From Mobula hypostoma (lineage: Eukaryota), in assembly GCF_963921235.1 (NCBI RefSeq), contig NC_086097.1, positions 144,648,001-144,712,000 on the forward strand: a DNA stretch of 64,000 bases. Reading direction: 5' to 3'. Position 1 is the first letter of the stretch. Every line of letters begins with the position of its first letter. Shown here one piece after another: positions 63,779-64,000 of this stretch. The position numbers were made by a program, and so were the translations under genes. The notes beneath the pieces are model-generated. The model saw nothing but the letters and a program-made list of their open reading frames with translations. It had not been told where the DNA came from and did not search any database.

Positions 63779-64000
63779 CTGGAAAAAAGGAAAATAAATT
63801 TTGCAAGATTTCTTGTTCTTGATTTCTATCCAATGAGCTCCTTTTGAAAAGTGTGCATATGTGCTATGCCAAGGTGGTGAGGACCAAAATGGGTTCATAT
63901 GCATTGCCTCCTGTAGTTGAGTCGCTGTGAAGTTCAGTGCCTCAGCATATGCAAATAAGGTATGACCATCTGGGCAAAATCATCAAAGGAGCCCACTGAT

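Overview
Repeat-dense vertebrate genomic DNA, intronic or intergenic in character. The mix of abundant CR1, Rex1/Babar, Penelope-like elements and V-SINE/Deu-type SINEs suggests a cartilaginous fish, plausibly a ray; this is inference. There are no prokaryotic features, CRISPR arrays, rRNA or bona fide tRNA genes, and no host gene can be named. Most of the window is nested transposable elements. (i) A young, almost intact Neptune-type Penelope-like element (38133-41477, -) has a perfect 13-bp TSD and a minimal type-I hammerhead ribozyme in its 3' end; an intact solo hammerhead copy lies at 45711. (ii) An RTE-clade LINE (30455-31339) has twin-priming 5'-inversion geometry and a 12-bp TSD. (iii) A Chapaev3-type DNA transposon (19745-24647) hosts a chromodomain Gypsy element with an internally inverted RT segment. 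(iv) A young CR1 sits antisense inside an older near-full-length CR1. (v) There are Tc1, mariner and cryptic Harbinger transposase relics, and an inverted pair of LTR-like repeats. A few minus-strand exon-like segments (12803-13000, 63657-63778) may belong to an unidentified host gene. Family calls come from motif recognition by eye, and boundaries of old elements are approximate.
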